DNA of 35,611 nucleotides from an uncultured cyanobacterium (GCA_963766075.1 CAVYAN010000091.1:1-35611); one strand, 5' to 3'. Shown: positions 1 through 9,292, counted from the stretch's first letter. Program-made: numbers and translations. Notes: generated from the letters alone by a model not told the origin.

Positions 1-498
1 ATTCTCACCGCTTCCAATGGCAAAACCATTGAAATTAACAATACCGATGCCGAGGGCCGATTGACCCTGGCTGATGCCCTTGTGTTTGCTGAAAAGCTGG
101 GTGTTGATGCCATGGTGGATTTGGCCACGCTGACGGGAGCCTGTGTGGTGGCCTTGGGGGATGATATCGCGGGGCTGTGGAGTCCCAGCGAGGCGATCGC
201 CCAGGAGCTGATCCAGTCCGGGGCCTTAGCGGGGGAAAAAATCTGGCAAATGCCCATGGAAGAGAAGTACTTCGAGGGCTTAAAGTCCGGCATTGCCGAT
301 ATGAAAAACACGGGCCCTCGACCGGGCGGTGCCATCACAGCGGCTCTCTTCCTGAAGCAGTTTGTCAAGGAAACGCCCTGGGCGCATCTGGATGTGGCGG
401 GTCCGGTCTGGGCGGATAAGGAGCAGGGCTACAACAGCGCTGGCGCGACGGGCTATGGGGTCCGCACCCTAGTGAATTGGGTGTTGGGAGTCGCCTAG
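1..498 (+). CDS. pepA: Leucyl aminopeptidase (M17), C-terminal part; 5' end outside window
   Basis: Frame from base 1 reads [27 protein letters not shown] (M17 NTDAEGRL signature), then DLATLTGA and WAHLDVAG. Confidence 0.95.
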   Translation: MLTASNGKTIEINNTDAEGRLTLADALVFAEKLGVDAMVDLATLTGACVVALGDDIAGLWSPSEAIAQELIQSGALAGEKIWQMPMEEKYFEGLKSGIADMKNTGPRPGGAITAALFLKQFVKETPWAHLDVAGPVWADKEQGYNSAGATGYGVRTLVNWVLGVA

Positions 499-502
499 CA
501 GT

Positions 503-1237
503 ATGCGTGCTTTCCCCAGAGCCTGGGTCAGGATGAAGCGGGCGGCGCTGGGCTGTGGGGCCAGTGTTGTGGGTTTAGCCACGCTGCTGGCGATCGCCGC
601 CCTGACGCCGCGCCACTGGGGAAATTTCTGGGGAAATTCCCCTCCTCGTCCGGGGTGTGACCTGCCGATCTACGTGGTGGGGGATGGGATGCACACCAAT
701 TTCTGGATTCCGGTGCGATCGCCGATTTTTGACTGGACTCAGCAGGTGAGAGAAGTGGGAAAGCAACCACTCTCTGCCTATCGCTATCTCCAATTTGGCT
801 GGGGCGATCGCATTTTCTACATGGAAACCCCCTCCTGGTCAGAAGTGCGTCCGACCAATGCACTCAGGGCCTTATTCGCGCCGCACAATGCCGCGGCTCT
901 GCTGCTGAAGGGCTACGACCGTCCACCCCAATCGGGTCCGGAAACGGTCCGCTGCCTTAACCTCAGCCCAGCAGACTACCTGGCATTGATGGCCTTCCTC
1001 CAGGCTAGCTTGCAACGGGATGCCCAGGGCAAACCGCTGCGCCTCGGCAGTGGGCAAGATGGGGACAGTAGTTTCTATGCGGCTACAGGGCAGTATTCCA
1101 TCCTGCGGACCTGTAACTCCTGGACGGCGGATGGTTTGCGGCGTGCTAATGTCAACACGCCCCTGTGGGGCGGTCTGGCACCGGCGGTCATGCACCAGCT
1201 TCAGGATTCTTGCACCTGCGACGGATCTCAATCTTAG
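503..1237 (+). CDS. TIGR02117 / DUF2459 family protein
   Basis: N-terminal hydrophobic segment; HTNFWIP, FGWGDRIFY, FYAATGQYSILRTCNSW motifs typical of DUF2459. Confidence 0.8.
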   Translation: MRAFPRAWVRMKRAALGCGASVVGLATLLAIAALTPRHWGNFWGNSPPRPGCDLPIYVVGDGMHTNFWIPVRSPIFDWTQQVREVGKQPLSAYRYLQFGWGDRIFYMETPSWSEVRPTNALRALFAPHNAAALLLKGYDRPPQSGPETVRCLNLSPADYLALMAFLQASLQRDAQGKPLRLGSGQDGDSSFYAATGQYSILRTCNSWTADGLRRANVNTPLWGGLAPAVMHQLQDSCTCDGSQS

Positions 1238-1277
1238 ATGGGCCTTAGGCGATGCCAAGTAATAACATCAAGATATG

Positions 1278-1333
1278 GCTCCCTGAGCGGAGTCGAAGGG
1301 AGCGGTCGGTCGTTTCGACTCCGCTCAACGACC
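1278..1333. repeat. REP-like inverted doublet with conserved TGAGCGGAGTCGAA core
   Basis: GCTCCC-TGAGCGGAGTCGAA-GGGAGC followed by GGTCGT-TTCGACTCCGCTCA-ACGACC (core inverted), between convergent genes. Confidence 0.85.
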
Positions 1334-1432
1334 TGAAACCTTTGAACTTATTTTTTGACAATGCCTTAGATGGCGGCAAATGGCCTGTGTAGCCTCCGGC
1401 AGCGGCCACGGGGCAAACTAATCCCCGCTTCG

Positions 1433-1948
1433 CTAGCCCTCTGGCATGCGCGAAGAATGATGCCCCACAATCAACCATTGGCCATCTTGATAAGCGTACT
1501 CAAAGGTGTAGCGGGCGGGGACTTCCACAGACTTGCCATCACGGGTGAGACGAAACGTATACAACCCGCTGTCCATGGCAGAATTGCATCCGATCCGAAT
1601 AATGCGCTGATCGATCCTGCCGATCGGGCTGCCCTTGAGAAATTGCACAAAATAGTCGCGAATTTCGCTGGGTGTGTCGCGGGGGAAATTGGACATCGTC
1701 GGCAGCAGCAGGGCATCGGGTGCATAGGTGGCCACGACGGCATCTGGATTCCCCGTTTGCAGGGCCTGATTCCATCGATCAAAGAGTCGAGCGATTTCTG
1801 CTTCGGTTGTCGCCTTGCAGGTGGCTGTAGTGGTTGCTATCGGCCCCGGCGCTGACGAGGGGACAGCCAGCGCTGGGGCCGTAAAATAAACTAGGGTGAT
1901 GAGCAGAATGGCTATCAGACGCAGAATGGCTGTTAGGCGCAGTTTCAT
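1433..1948 (-). CDS. SgcJ/EcaC family (CaMKII-association/NTF2-like) protein, probable secreted iota-class carbonic anhydrase
   Basis: Signal peptide MKLRLTAILRL...APALA; LFDRWNQALQTG, LLPTMSN, ARYTF and C-terminal HHSS motif. Confidence 0.8.
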   Translation of the reverse strand: MKLRLTAILRLIAILLITLVYFTAPALAVPSSAPGPIATTTATCKATTEAEIARLFDRWNQALQTGNPDAVVATYAPDALLLPTMSNFPRDTPSEIRDYFVQFLKGSPIGRIDQRIIRIGCNSAMDSGLYTFRLTRDGKSVEVPARYTFEYAYQDGQWLIVGHHSSRMPEG

Positions 1949-2046
1949 ACACAAGCCCCACGAAGAATTATCTTGAAGAATTGCTTGAAAGAATTGTCTT
2001 GCAATGGATTCTCCTTAGCGTAAGCGCTCCCTCGCAAAAACCGCGG

Positions 2047-3459
2047 CTACTCCATAATTTTTTCCAAAAACGTTTCCACCGTGCCATCTGGACGCAGGAC
2101 TAAGCGGATCATGGCGGCTTTCCCCTGGGTCAGCGGGGAAACAATTACTTCGTTCAAGGAAATAGTCGATTGCTCAACATGATCTTGCGCTGCCTTGCCC
2201 AGGGGTGTCGTCCGTTGAATGGATCCATTGGCCCCCAGTTCTAACTGGTACTGCAACGGATCGGTGACGCCAGTAATGGGTTTCCAGCGTTTTTGAAAAT
2301 ATTGTTTCAGCTCGCCAAGTTGGGGAATTGCCGCCAAGCTGGATTCCGTTGCCCGGTTTCTGGCGCTAGATTGTCCCGAATCTGCTGCACTGTCCTGACT
2401 GGGACGTGCAGGGGCCGCAGCAGGGGCCGCATTGCCGGACAGGGCTGCCTCACTGGCAGCCGCTAGTTCATCGGGATTGAGTTTTGCCGCAGGCGGCGCA
2501 GAGGCCGATCGCCCGTTGGCTGCCGCTGCTGGACTACCCCCATCCGCAATTGTGATTGAGGCTTTGGGAATGGTAACGGTGGGATTGCCGGGGACGGCAG
2601 CGCTGCTTAGGGGGGGGACGGTTCCGGGCTGTCCGGCACTGGTGATCGCTCCCGATTTTGGCACGGACAAACTCGGCAATGCGGGGCTTTTGCCCGCAGG
2701 CATGGGCGATCGCATCAGCGGTGGCATGCCCAAGGGCTGGTTAGACAGGGCCGGGGGCGAATTGGGAGCCACGACATTCGGGGGCAACTGGCTGGCAATC
2801 CGTTGGTCGCTGCTGCTGGGGCCACTGGGGGCATTGGCTGTTTTCGGGGACTGATCAAACAATTTTGCCGCCGAAGCCGCCACGCCGATCGCCACCACCG
2901 CCGAAGCCGCCACTTTCGTCCAGGTGGGAGCTGTTTTGATCCCGCTGGCCGGGGCCAAATCCGGCAGGGTAATCAGATCCGTGGCGTATTCATCCAGAGC
3001 ATTGGCGAGGTCAAACAGTTGCAGGGTGCTGAGGGCAATGGTTGGCCCCGAGGTGGTGGTGGCGAGTGCGCCCAGGGTTAAATCATGGGCCAGCAAACCA
3101 TGGGGCTGGAGGGCGATGCCCGCGCGATCCGGTAGTGCAGCGGTTGCATCTTCGGGGGTGGGGGTGGGGGTCACGGCAACCGCCGCCGGATTGAGGGCTT
3201 CGTCTAAGCGGCTTTGCGAATGGTCTAGGAGCTGCTGCACATAGGTTTGGACTGTTTCTCGCAGCGCTTCCAGTTGGGGGCGATCGCCCTGAAGTAGAGT
3301 CCACTCTTCGGCGGTCACCTTGGGATCATCCAACTTCAGTCGCCAGCGCAGATCCTTCAATACGGGTTGCCCCATCCAGCGCGATAGGGGAGAACTGTTA
3401 GCCATGATCTCCAGCGTACAGGTCGGTGGAGTGTAGCGGCGCAGGATGGAGTGGGACAT
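2047..3459 (-). CDS. DUF4335 domain protein (one TM segment, Pro/Ala-rich linker, C-terminal globular domain)
   Basis: N-terminal RRYTPPTCTLEI...SPLSRW and LSTLQLFDLANALDEY motifs; adjacent to DUF3038 gene. Confidence 0.8.
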   Translation of the reverse strand: MSHSILRRYTPPTCTLEIMANSSPLSRWMGQPVLKDLRWRLKLDDPKVTAEEWTLLQGDRPQLEALRETVQTYVQQLLDHSQSRLDEALNPAAVAVTPTPTPEDATAALPDRAGIALQPHGLLAHDLTLGALATTTSGPTIALSTLQLFDLANALDEYATDLITLPDLAPASGIKTAPTWTKVAASAVVAIGVAASAAKLFDQSPKTANAPSGPSSSDQRIASQLPPNVVAPNSPPALSNQPLGMPPLMRSPMPAGKSPALPSLSVPKSGAITSAGQPGTVPPLSSAAVPGNPTVTIPKASITIADGGSPAAAANGRSASAPPAAKLNPDELAAASEAALSGNAAPAAAPARPSQDSAADSGQSSARNRATESSLAAIPQLGELKQYFQKRWKPITGVTDPLQYQLELGANGSIQRTTPLGKAAQDHVEQSTISLNEVIVSPLTQGKAAMIRLVLRPDGTVETFLEKIME

Positions 3460-3600
3460 GGGAGGGGAGGGGGAGAAAGAGGATGAGGGGCGAAGCAGTG
3501 GATAATAAATGGCTTAAAAAATGACTCAAAGATTGACGAGGTAGCGATTGAGCCATCTGAGGATTGGGGTTTCAACCGGGGCCTTGCTGTGGCGTGGGGC

Positions 3601-4197
3601 TTAAGCCTTTGAGCGATCGATTAGGGCGAGCCAGAGCCGCCGAGGGCCATTAGGGGCGCTGTAGAAAAGCAGATCAATCAACAGTCGGAGAGCTAGGTGG
3701 GTGAGGGTTTGGGGTGGGGTACTGTCGCCGTTGTCCATGCGCTCTTGGTAGGTGTTGTTAAAGCGGTCCAGGTAGTCCCCCAGGAGTGCGGCTTGGTGGG
3801 GTTCGCGATTTTGCTCAGTGGTCTGTTCCAGGAGGGCCACGGCGCGGCGGATCAGTTCTTGTTGTTGTTTGGCCAGGTAGCAACTGACTAGCACGAGGGC
3901 ACGGGCTTCTTCGACGTCCAGCTTTTTGCGCCCGCCTTGCCCTTTCCGGAGGGGGCTGGATTGGCGGAGTCGCCACAGGGCCACGCAATCGCCCATAAAG
4001 GCTTCTACATGCAGGTCCTCTGCGGCTTGTAGCATGGCCTCTGAACCCAATTCGGCCAAGGCTTCTAAGGCCAGTAGGACCAAATCCAATTGGGCTTTGA
4101 TGTTGTCCAATTGGGTGGGATCCGGTTCATGACTAAGGGGTAGCACCTCGGGCAGGCTAGACAAAGGCGCGATCGGCAGGTGGGCGATGGGGGACAT
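3601..4197 (-). CDS. DUF3038 domain protein
   Basis: LDLVLLALEAL, LWRLRQSSPLR, LLIDLLFYS...RLW motifs. Confidence 0.85.
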   Translation of the reverse strand: MSPIAHLPIAPLSSLPEVLPLSHEPDPTQLDNIKAQLDLVLLALEALAELGSEAMLQAAEDLHVEAFMGDCVALWRLRQSSPLRKGQGGRKKLDVEEARALVLVSCYLAKQQQELIRRAVALLEQTTEQNREPHQAALLGDYLDRFNNTYQERMDNGDSTPPQTLTHLALRLLIDLLFYSAPNGPRRLWLALIDRSKA

Positions 4198-4334
4198 GAC
4201 TTATAAGATGGCAGGAGAAAGCGGAAATTCGAGGGGAGTTACCTGTTTTGTAACAGATTTGGGAATCGAACGTGTGGGTCATAACAGGGTGGGCGTTGGG
4301 CGAAGGGTGTGCTCCTCAAATTTATTGCTTGATT

Positions 4335-4368
4335 ACCAGGTTTGCCGCCGGACCAGGTTTGCTACCGG
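4335..4368. repeat. 17-bp tandem duplication
   Basis: ACCAGGTTTGCCGCCGG / ACCAGGTTTGCTACCGG. Confidence 0.7.
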
Positions 4369-4484
4369 GTGTGGTCCCAGCCTAGTTCCCAACAGGTTAA
4401 GACGACGGGTGTCCCAGAATGTTTCTGGCCAGACTGATTTTGAGGATTGAGTTGCTTGAAAGGCATACTTTTAAGAGGGCCTAT

Positions 4485-4529
4485 TTTTAGGGATTTGGGT
4501 TTTTAAGGATTTGAGTTTCTGATGATTTG
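4485..4529. repeat. Degenerate ~15-bp intergenic tandem repeat
   Basis: TTTTTAGGGATTTGG / TTTTTAAGGATTTGA / TTTCTGATGATTTG units. Confidence 0.55.
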
Positions 4530-4542
4530 TGAATAGCCCGTT

Positions 4543-5268
4543 CTACCGTGCGCTGAGGAGGAGCACTTGTCCTAGGGCAAAGCAGGTGATGGCGCTGCCC
4601 ATGGGCACTGTCAGGTTATCAATGCCAAATTTGGAGAAGGCTTCTAGGCCGCTGGCGATTGCGGCGGTCACTGCTGCCATCAACCAAATCTGCCAAATAT
4701 TGCCTTGGATGCTCCCCAAAATAATCAAGATGACGATAAAACTGGCTCCGGCCATGGTCAGTGTGCCTTCCCAGCTCTTTTGCATTCCCCAGAGGTGGTA
4801 GCGGTGTCTGCCAAATCGTTGGCCGATCAGGGCCGCCAAGCCATCGCCCCAGGCCATAACTAAAATGCCGACCACCGTATATTCGGGGGCCTGTTGCCAG
4901 AAGAGGCTGAGCAAGAGGCCAATACTGACGGCATAGAAAAAGGTGCCTAGGCTTTGCCGCCCGACGCCGTTGACGCTGGGCAGGATCGGAATATGGTAAG
5001 ACAGAAAGGCGATCGCGCTAAACAGTGCCGCTGCCGCCATCCCAATCCCCTGTGGTACTTGCAGCCACCAGGCCAGCAAAATTACATGGCCTGCGCCAAT
5101 ATGCACGACTTTGCGTGACAGTTCCGCGCCTCCGGGGGTTCGGCGATACACCCATTCGGCCAAGAGTCCTACCAATCCCAGCCATGCAGCTACGATCGCC
5201 ACTTGGAGGCCCAGGGGCAGAGGGACGCCCAGAGGCAGAGTCCAGTCTGAATCTGCAAATAACGGCAT
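4543..5268 (-). CDS. Phytol/polyprenol kinase (VTE5/SEC59 family)
   Basis: Polytopic membrane protein with ELSRKVVHIGAG, MAWGDGLAALIG, KSWEG and IDNLTVP motifs. Confidence 0.88.
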   Translation of the reverse strand: MPLFADSDWTLPLGVPLPLGLQVAIVAAWLGLVGLLAEWVYRRTPGGAELSRKVVHIGAGHVILLAWWLQVPQGIGMAAAALFSAIAFLSYHIPILPSVNGVGRQSLGTFFYAVSIGLLLSLFWQQAPEYTVVGILVMAWGDGLAALIGQRFGRHRYHLWGMQKSWEGTLTMAGASFIVILIILGSIQGNIWQIWLMAAVTAAIASGLEAFSKFGIDNLTVPMGSAITCFALGQVLLLSAR

Positions 5269-5400
5269 GAATCCAATATCTCAGAGGAATTTCACCATTC
5301 TTTCACGGTACTGGGAACTGCGGCAACTTGGAGACCCACCGGGAATGGGATGATGAATAAATATGAATCATCTAGAGCATTAGCAATCCATGAGGTGTGT

Positions 5401-6329
5401 ATGAAAGTTGCGATTACGGGGGCCACAGGATTTGTGGGCAGTCGGTTGGTGGAGCGCCTACAGGCCGAGGGGCACCGAGTGGTGGTCCTGTCGCGGGATG
5501 CGGCCAACGCCAAGCAGGTTTTTCCCGCCTCAGCGTTTCCCCAGGTGGACGTTGTTGCCTACACGCCTTTGGTGTCGGGCTCTTGGCAGCAGGAGATCGC
5601 GGGCTGTGATGCCGTCGTGAATTTGGCCGGAGAACCGCTGGCCGAACAGCGCTGGACCCCGGAACATAAACAGCGCGTGATGGACAGCCGCCAGATTGGC
5701 ACTCAGAAAATTGTGGAGGCGATCGCCCAAGCGGCCCCCCCAAGCCCCAGGTGCTGGTGAATGCCTCGGCCATTGGCTACTACGGCACCAGTGAAACCGC
5801 CACCTTTGATGAGACGAGCGGCCCAGGGCAGGATTTTTTGGCGGAGGTGTGCAAAAACTGGGAAGCGGCGGCGGCCCCGGTCCAGGCGGCGGGGGTGCGG
5901 CTGGTCATCTTGCGGATTGGGATTGTTTTGGGGATGGGCGGGGCGATCGCCAAAATGCTGCCCGCCTTTAAACTGTTTGCCGGTGGGCCGATTGGCACGG
6001 GTCGGCAGTGGTTCTCCTGGATCCACCGCGAGGATCTGGTCAGTCTGATTATCCGGGCTGTGACCGATAGTGCCATGATTGGCACCTACAACGCGACTGC
6101 GCCCAATCCGGTGCGCATGGCTGACTTTTGCCATCAATTGGGGACGGCGATGCAGCGCCCATCCTGGCTACCGGTTCCGGCCTTTGCACTGGAAGTATTG
6201 CTTGGGGATGGGGCGCAAGTGGTCTTAGAAGGGCAGGATGTGCGGCCCCAGCGCACCGTGGCAGCAGGCTTTGAGTACCAATATCCAGATGTGCCGGAGG
6301 CGATCGCCCAAGTGCTCAGCGAAGCGTAG
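5401..6329 (+). CDS. thyD: TIGR01777 NAD-dependent epimerase family (ThyD/YfcH-like); apparent frameshift in C-run 5735-5741
   Basis: [13 protein letters not shown]ossmann start, VVNLAGE, then [10 protein letters not shown] and FSWIHREDL in a second frame; break in a 7-C homopolymer. Confidence 0.85.
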
Positions 6330-6334
6330 GCCGA

Positions 6335-6574
6335 TTAGGCCTTCAATTTTTGGCTCACCCAACTGGCTGCCCCGCTTAGTAGTGCACCCGCCATCAAAAT
6401 GCCAATGGCGGGCATAAATAACGGCTCCCACAAGCTGTACCACAGGTCCAATCCCAGCGGTAATTTAGCCGTGTGCCCTACTACGGCGATCGCTAACCAA
6501 AAGAAACTGGCCAGCACCAAAAATAAATCTGCCATTAGGGCTAGGTTGAGCCACTCTAAAAATTTATCTTTCAT
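6335..6574 (-). CDS. Small conserved cyanobacterial membrane protein (2 TM)
   Basis: MKDKFLEWLNLALMADLFLVL...LWEPLFMPAIGILMAGAL; start moved to ATG at 6574. Confidence 0.7.
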   Translation of the reverse strand: MKDKFLEWLNLALMADLFLVLASFFWLAIAVVGHTAKLPLGLDLWYSLWEPLFMPAIGILMAGALLSGAASWVSQKLKA

Positions 6575-6774
6575 ACGCTGTGTGCAGCTTTCCCAAATCT
6601 GTACGCTGGGTTGATTGTAAAGCGTTCGGTTGCCCTCAGGCATGGTCCGACAACCACCTGTTACAAACTGATAGTTTAAAGCTGACAGTCTAGGGCCGAT
6701 CGCCCAGAACCGATCGCGCGCCAGAATTCATGCCCATAACGCGTGCTCTGCTCCTTGATAGCCCGTCTTGATCA

Positions 6775-6833
6775 GTTACCAAGTATTAAGAATCATAAGA
6801 AACCAGCAACTTGTCCCCCGATCGCAGTAAATT
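6775..6833 (+). promoter_or_regulatory. Candidate psaI promoter: HLR1-like (RpaB) direct repeat plus -10 element
   Basis: GTTACCAA-GT-ATTAAGAA (6775-6792) about 35 nt upstream of TAAATT (6828-6833); imperfect match. Confidence 0.4.
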
Positions 6834-6874
6834 TTGGGTTGAAATCATCTAAATCTCGATTAGGAAATTAGATT

Positions 6875-6994
6875 ATGACCGGAGAATACGCGGCTTCGTT
6901 TCTTCCCTGGATCTTTATTCCCGTTGTCACCTGGCTCATGCCAGCCGTGGTGATGGGTCTGTTATTTCTCTACATCGAAAGTGATGCCGCTTAA
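6875..6994 (+). CDS. psaI: Photosystem I subunit VIII (PsaI); below the ORF track cutoff
   Basis: Hand translation [39 protein letters not shown] (39 aa). Confidence 0.95.
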   Translation: MTGEYAASFLPWIFIPVVTWLMPAVVMGLLFLYIESDAA

Positions 6995-7047
6995 GCGGCG
7001 ATCGCCCCTAGCGTCTCACTGACGATTGTCTTAATCAACATCTGTAC

Positions 7048-7085
7048 AAAAAACTGCCCACCCGCGAGGGATGAGGCAGTTTTTT
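7048..7085. terminator. Bidirectional intrinsic terminator
   Basis: AAAAAACTGCC...GGCAGTTTTTT between convergent psaI and the Coq4-like gene. Confidence 0.75.
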
Positions 7086-7135
7086 CGTAGGAACTGGATT
7101 ATGGGGCATCAACTATGGGAACTTCCCCACATTCG

Positions 7136-7693
7136 CTAATGAGAACTTCCCCACTTCGCCGTCAGTATTTCTTCTGCCTGCCGTAAAATTTGCAAGGCTT
7201 TATCCTCAATTCCCAAGACATCTCGCAAAACGTCAAGGGGCTGATCGGTGTGAGCACTAAAATTCATTTGGTTCAGGTTTTTGACCTTTATCGCTCTGCC
7301 GTAGGCCCAGCCTAAATCAAACACGTTTAAATGTGCCTGATTAAACCTGTAGGTCTTTGGATAGAACAGGGAAGAGCAAAACTTAAAGAGGGCGCAGTGA
7401 GCCCCACGAGTCCGAATATCGTTTCCCATCGTAAAGCCGACGACAAAAGCTTCGTCATAGAGCGAGAATCCCCTATTTAACAAGAGATGGAGACAGTCAT
7501 GACGATGGAGGTCGATCTGGCCGGGGAGGGCGATCGGACTGGCAGGATTCTCCAATAGCCACACGATAAAAGGAATACTGGCAGGGGAATCTCCACCCAT
7601 TAGCTGGAGCGCCTCTTGCAGTATCGGGGCTTGCTTGGGGGTGGGTGGCTTTTCCTGGAGCAGGGCGAAGGATGCACTTAGGACAGCAGCCAT
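7136..7693 (-). CDS. Coq4-like putative metal-binding protein
   Basis: [17 protein letters not shown] matches HDxxH-x11-E; start uncertain (ATG 7693 or TTG 7711), overlapping the upstream ORF end. Confidence 0.65.
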   Translation of the reverse strand: MAAVLSASFALLQEKPPTPKQAPILQEALQLMGGDSPASIPFIVWLLENPASPIALPGQIDLHRHDCLHLLLNRGFSLYDEAFVVGFTMGNDIRTRGAHCALFKFCSSLFYPKTYRFNQAHLNVFDLGWAYGRAIKVKNLNQMNFSAHTDQPLDVLRDVLGIEDKALQILRQAEEILTAKWGSSH

Positions 7694-7971
7694 CGATAAA
7701 CCCCCAAACAATCTACAAAGAGGAAAATTGACCCCGAGTAGCAGATCATGCTCTTATCGCCGACGAGCCAACTGGCCAGTAGCATGTGGCTAGAACTGAG
7801 CGCTAGAAATATAAATCCATAGCCACTTGAGGCGGTTTTGGCAGCCAGGAGTACGCCACCCGTGACGGCAAAAAAGCAACTCGCCCACTTCAGATATTTG
7901 ATGAATCTTTTAAAGGCAGGTGAGTTGAGGCGAGAATAGTAGTCTTGTTTTGAAGTAGATGCAACTGTCAT
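7678..7971 (-). CDS. Small hypothetical membrane protein (about 3 TM, 97 aa)
   Basis: MTVASTSK...[17 protein letters not shown]...[11 protein letters not shown]...[16 protein letters not shown]; three hydrophobic stretches. Confidence 0.65.
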   Translation of the reverse strand: MTVASTSKQDYYSRLNSPAFKRFIKYLKWASCFFAVTGGVLLAAKTASSGYGFIFLALSSSHMLLASWLVGDKSMICYSGSIFLFVDCLGVYRWLLS

Positions 7972-8316
7972 AATCGATTTACAGAAGAATAGTTTGTGAT
8001 TAGCAGTGCATCGGTACTTAAAATGGAAGATTATTAATGCACGATTAATGCACTGCTGAATGCTAGATTCCCCAGAGGGTTTCGCTGTCTTACGGTCAAG
8101 CAATGGGGGTTTACGGGATTCTTACAGAGGAATCTTTCTGTATAATTTTTTCAAAAAATTCCCCAAAATAATCGATATTTACGGATGGCAAATTTATTAT
8201 TGTGTGTATAGACGGAGCGATCGCGATTGGCCTAGTCTCTGCGTCTAGTCCCTGTGTAGGGATCAGCAGGTGATGCCGTGATGGGACTTGGCAACGTCTA
8301 TCCAGCACGGCGCAAC

Positions 8317-8346
8317 AAAAAAGGCGCACCATGGTGCGCCTTTTTT
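8317..8346. terminator. Intrinsic terminator of psbEFLJ (perfect palindrome)
   Basis: AAAAAAGGCGCACCATGGTGCGCCTTTTTT, 72 nt past the psbJ stop. Confidence 0.85.
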
Positions 8347-8418
8347 ATCTACACATTCTAAATAGCAAACTTTACAGCCAAGCCAAATGAAGTGGCGGTT
8401 GTCAGATTATGACAGGGC

Positions 8419-8538
8419 CTACATCGAGGAGCCTAGTCCTGAATAAGCACCATAGAAAAACAGGCCGACAACGCCCAGAACTCCCATACCAGCCACTGTG
8501 GCAACAATCCAAAGAGGGATTCGTCCAGAATTGAGCAT
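8419..8538 (-). CDS. psbJ: Photosystem II protein J
   Basis: Hand translation [39 protein letters not shown]. Confidence 0.96.
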   Translation of the reverse strand: MLNSGRIPLWIVATVAGMGVLGVVGLFFYGAYSGLGSSM

Positions 8539-8609
8539 ACGGTTCACCTACCCCAAAAACAAAACAGGTTAATCAATACCAGCCTGATCGTTCAGGCGCG
8601 ATCCAGAAC

Positions 8610-8732
8610 TTAGTTAAAGAAGTAGCTGGAGAACAAAATTCCCAGCACAAAAATCAACAACAAACCCAGATAGAGCGAAGTGCGGTTCAACTCAACGGGT
8701 TGCTTATTAGGATTTACAGGACCTTTAATCAC
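8610..8732 (-). CDS. psbL: Photosystem II protein L (GTG start)
   Basis: Hand translation [40 protein letters not shown]. Confidence 0.95.
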   Translation of the reverse strand: MIKGPVNPNKQPVELNRTSLYLGLLLIFVLGILFSSYFFN

Positions 8733-8756
8733 AGCGTTTTACCTACCGTTGAATAA

Positions 8757-8888
8757 CTAGCGTTGAATAAATTGCATGGCCGCGATCGCGCCAATGAAAA
8801 ACACAGAGGGAACGGCCAGGGTGTGCACCGCTAGCCAACGGACCGTAAAAATCGGATAAGAAACGGGTTGATTGGAACTGTTAGACAT
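8757..8888 (-). CDS. psbF: Cytochrome b559 beta subunit
   Basis: Hand translation [43 protein letters not shown]. Confidence 0.97.
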   Translation of the reverse strand: MSNSSNQPVSYPIFTVRWLAVHTLAVPSVFFIGAIAAMQFIQR

Positions 8889-8999
8889 AGGAAATCCAGG
8901 GTGATTTAAATAAACCGGCGTGATTACCGCAAAAGGGAGAACCAGGCTAGCTGGAGTTAAATGCGCTCAAATCCCGCGCTTAACACTCCACCTGTTCTG

Positions 9000-9248
9000 C
9001 TACTTCTTCAAAAAGTCCTCGATCTGATTCTTAGACTCGTAGCGATCGCTAACAATGGGAGCCTGTTGCACACCCGCCGGGAAATACTCATTGGGACGGG
9101 GGGTACCAAAAATATCGTAGGCCAAACCCGTGGCCACAAACAGCCAACCGGCAATGAACAATGCTGGAATCGTGATGCTGTGAATTACCCAGTAGCGAAT
9201 ACTGGTAACAATATCCCCAAACGGGCGCTCACCTGTAGTACCGGCCAT
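9000..9248 (-). CDS. psbE: Cytochrome b559 alpha subunit
   Basis: [35 protein letters not shown] at 9256-9260 on the minus strand. Confidence 0.98.
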   Translation of the reverse strand: MAGTTGERPFGDIVTSIRYWVIHSITIPALFIAGWLFVATGLAYDIFGTPRPNEYFPAGVQQAPIVSDRYESKNQIEDFLKK

Positions 9249-9292
9249 TCAGATCCCTCCACTGACAACAATTAGACAAAGTGTTAACTTCT

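Noticed and set aside
4187..4450. 87-aa plus-strand ORF in the DUF3038 upstream region
   Set aside because: No motif, overlaps the opposite-strand start and a tandem repeat; probably non-coding
5730..5760. Programmed frameshift or phase variation in the thyD C-run
   Set aside because: Homopolymer indel in nanopore-derived sequence with many similar indels in unrelated genes
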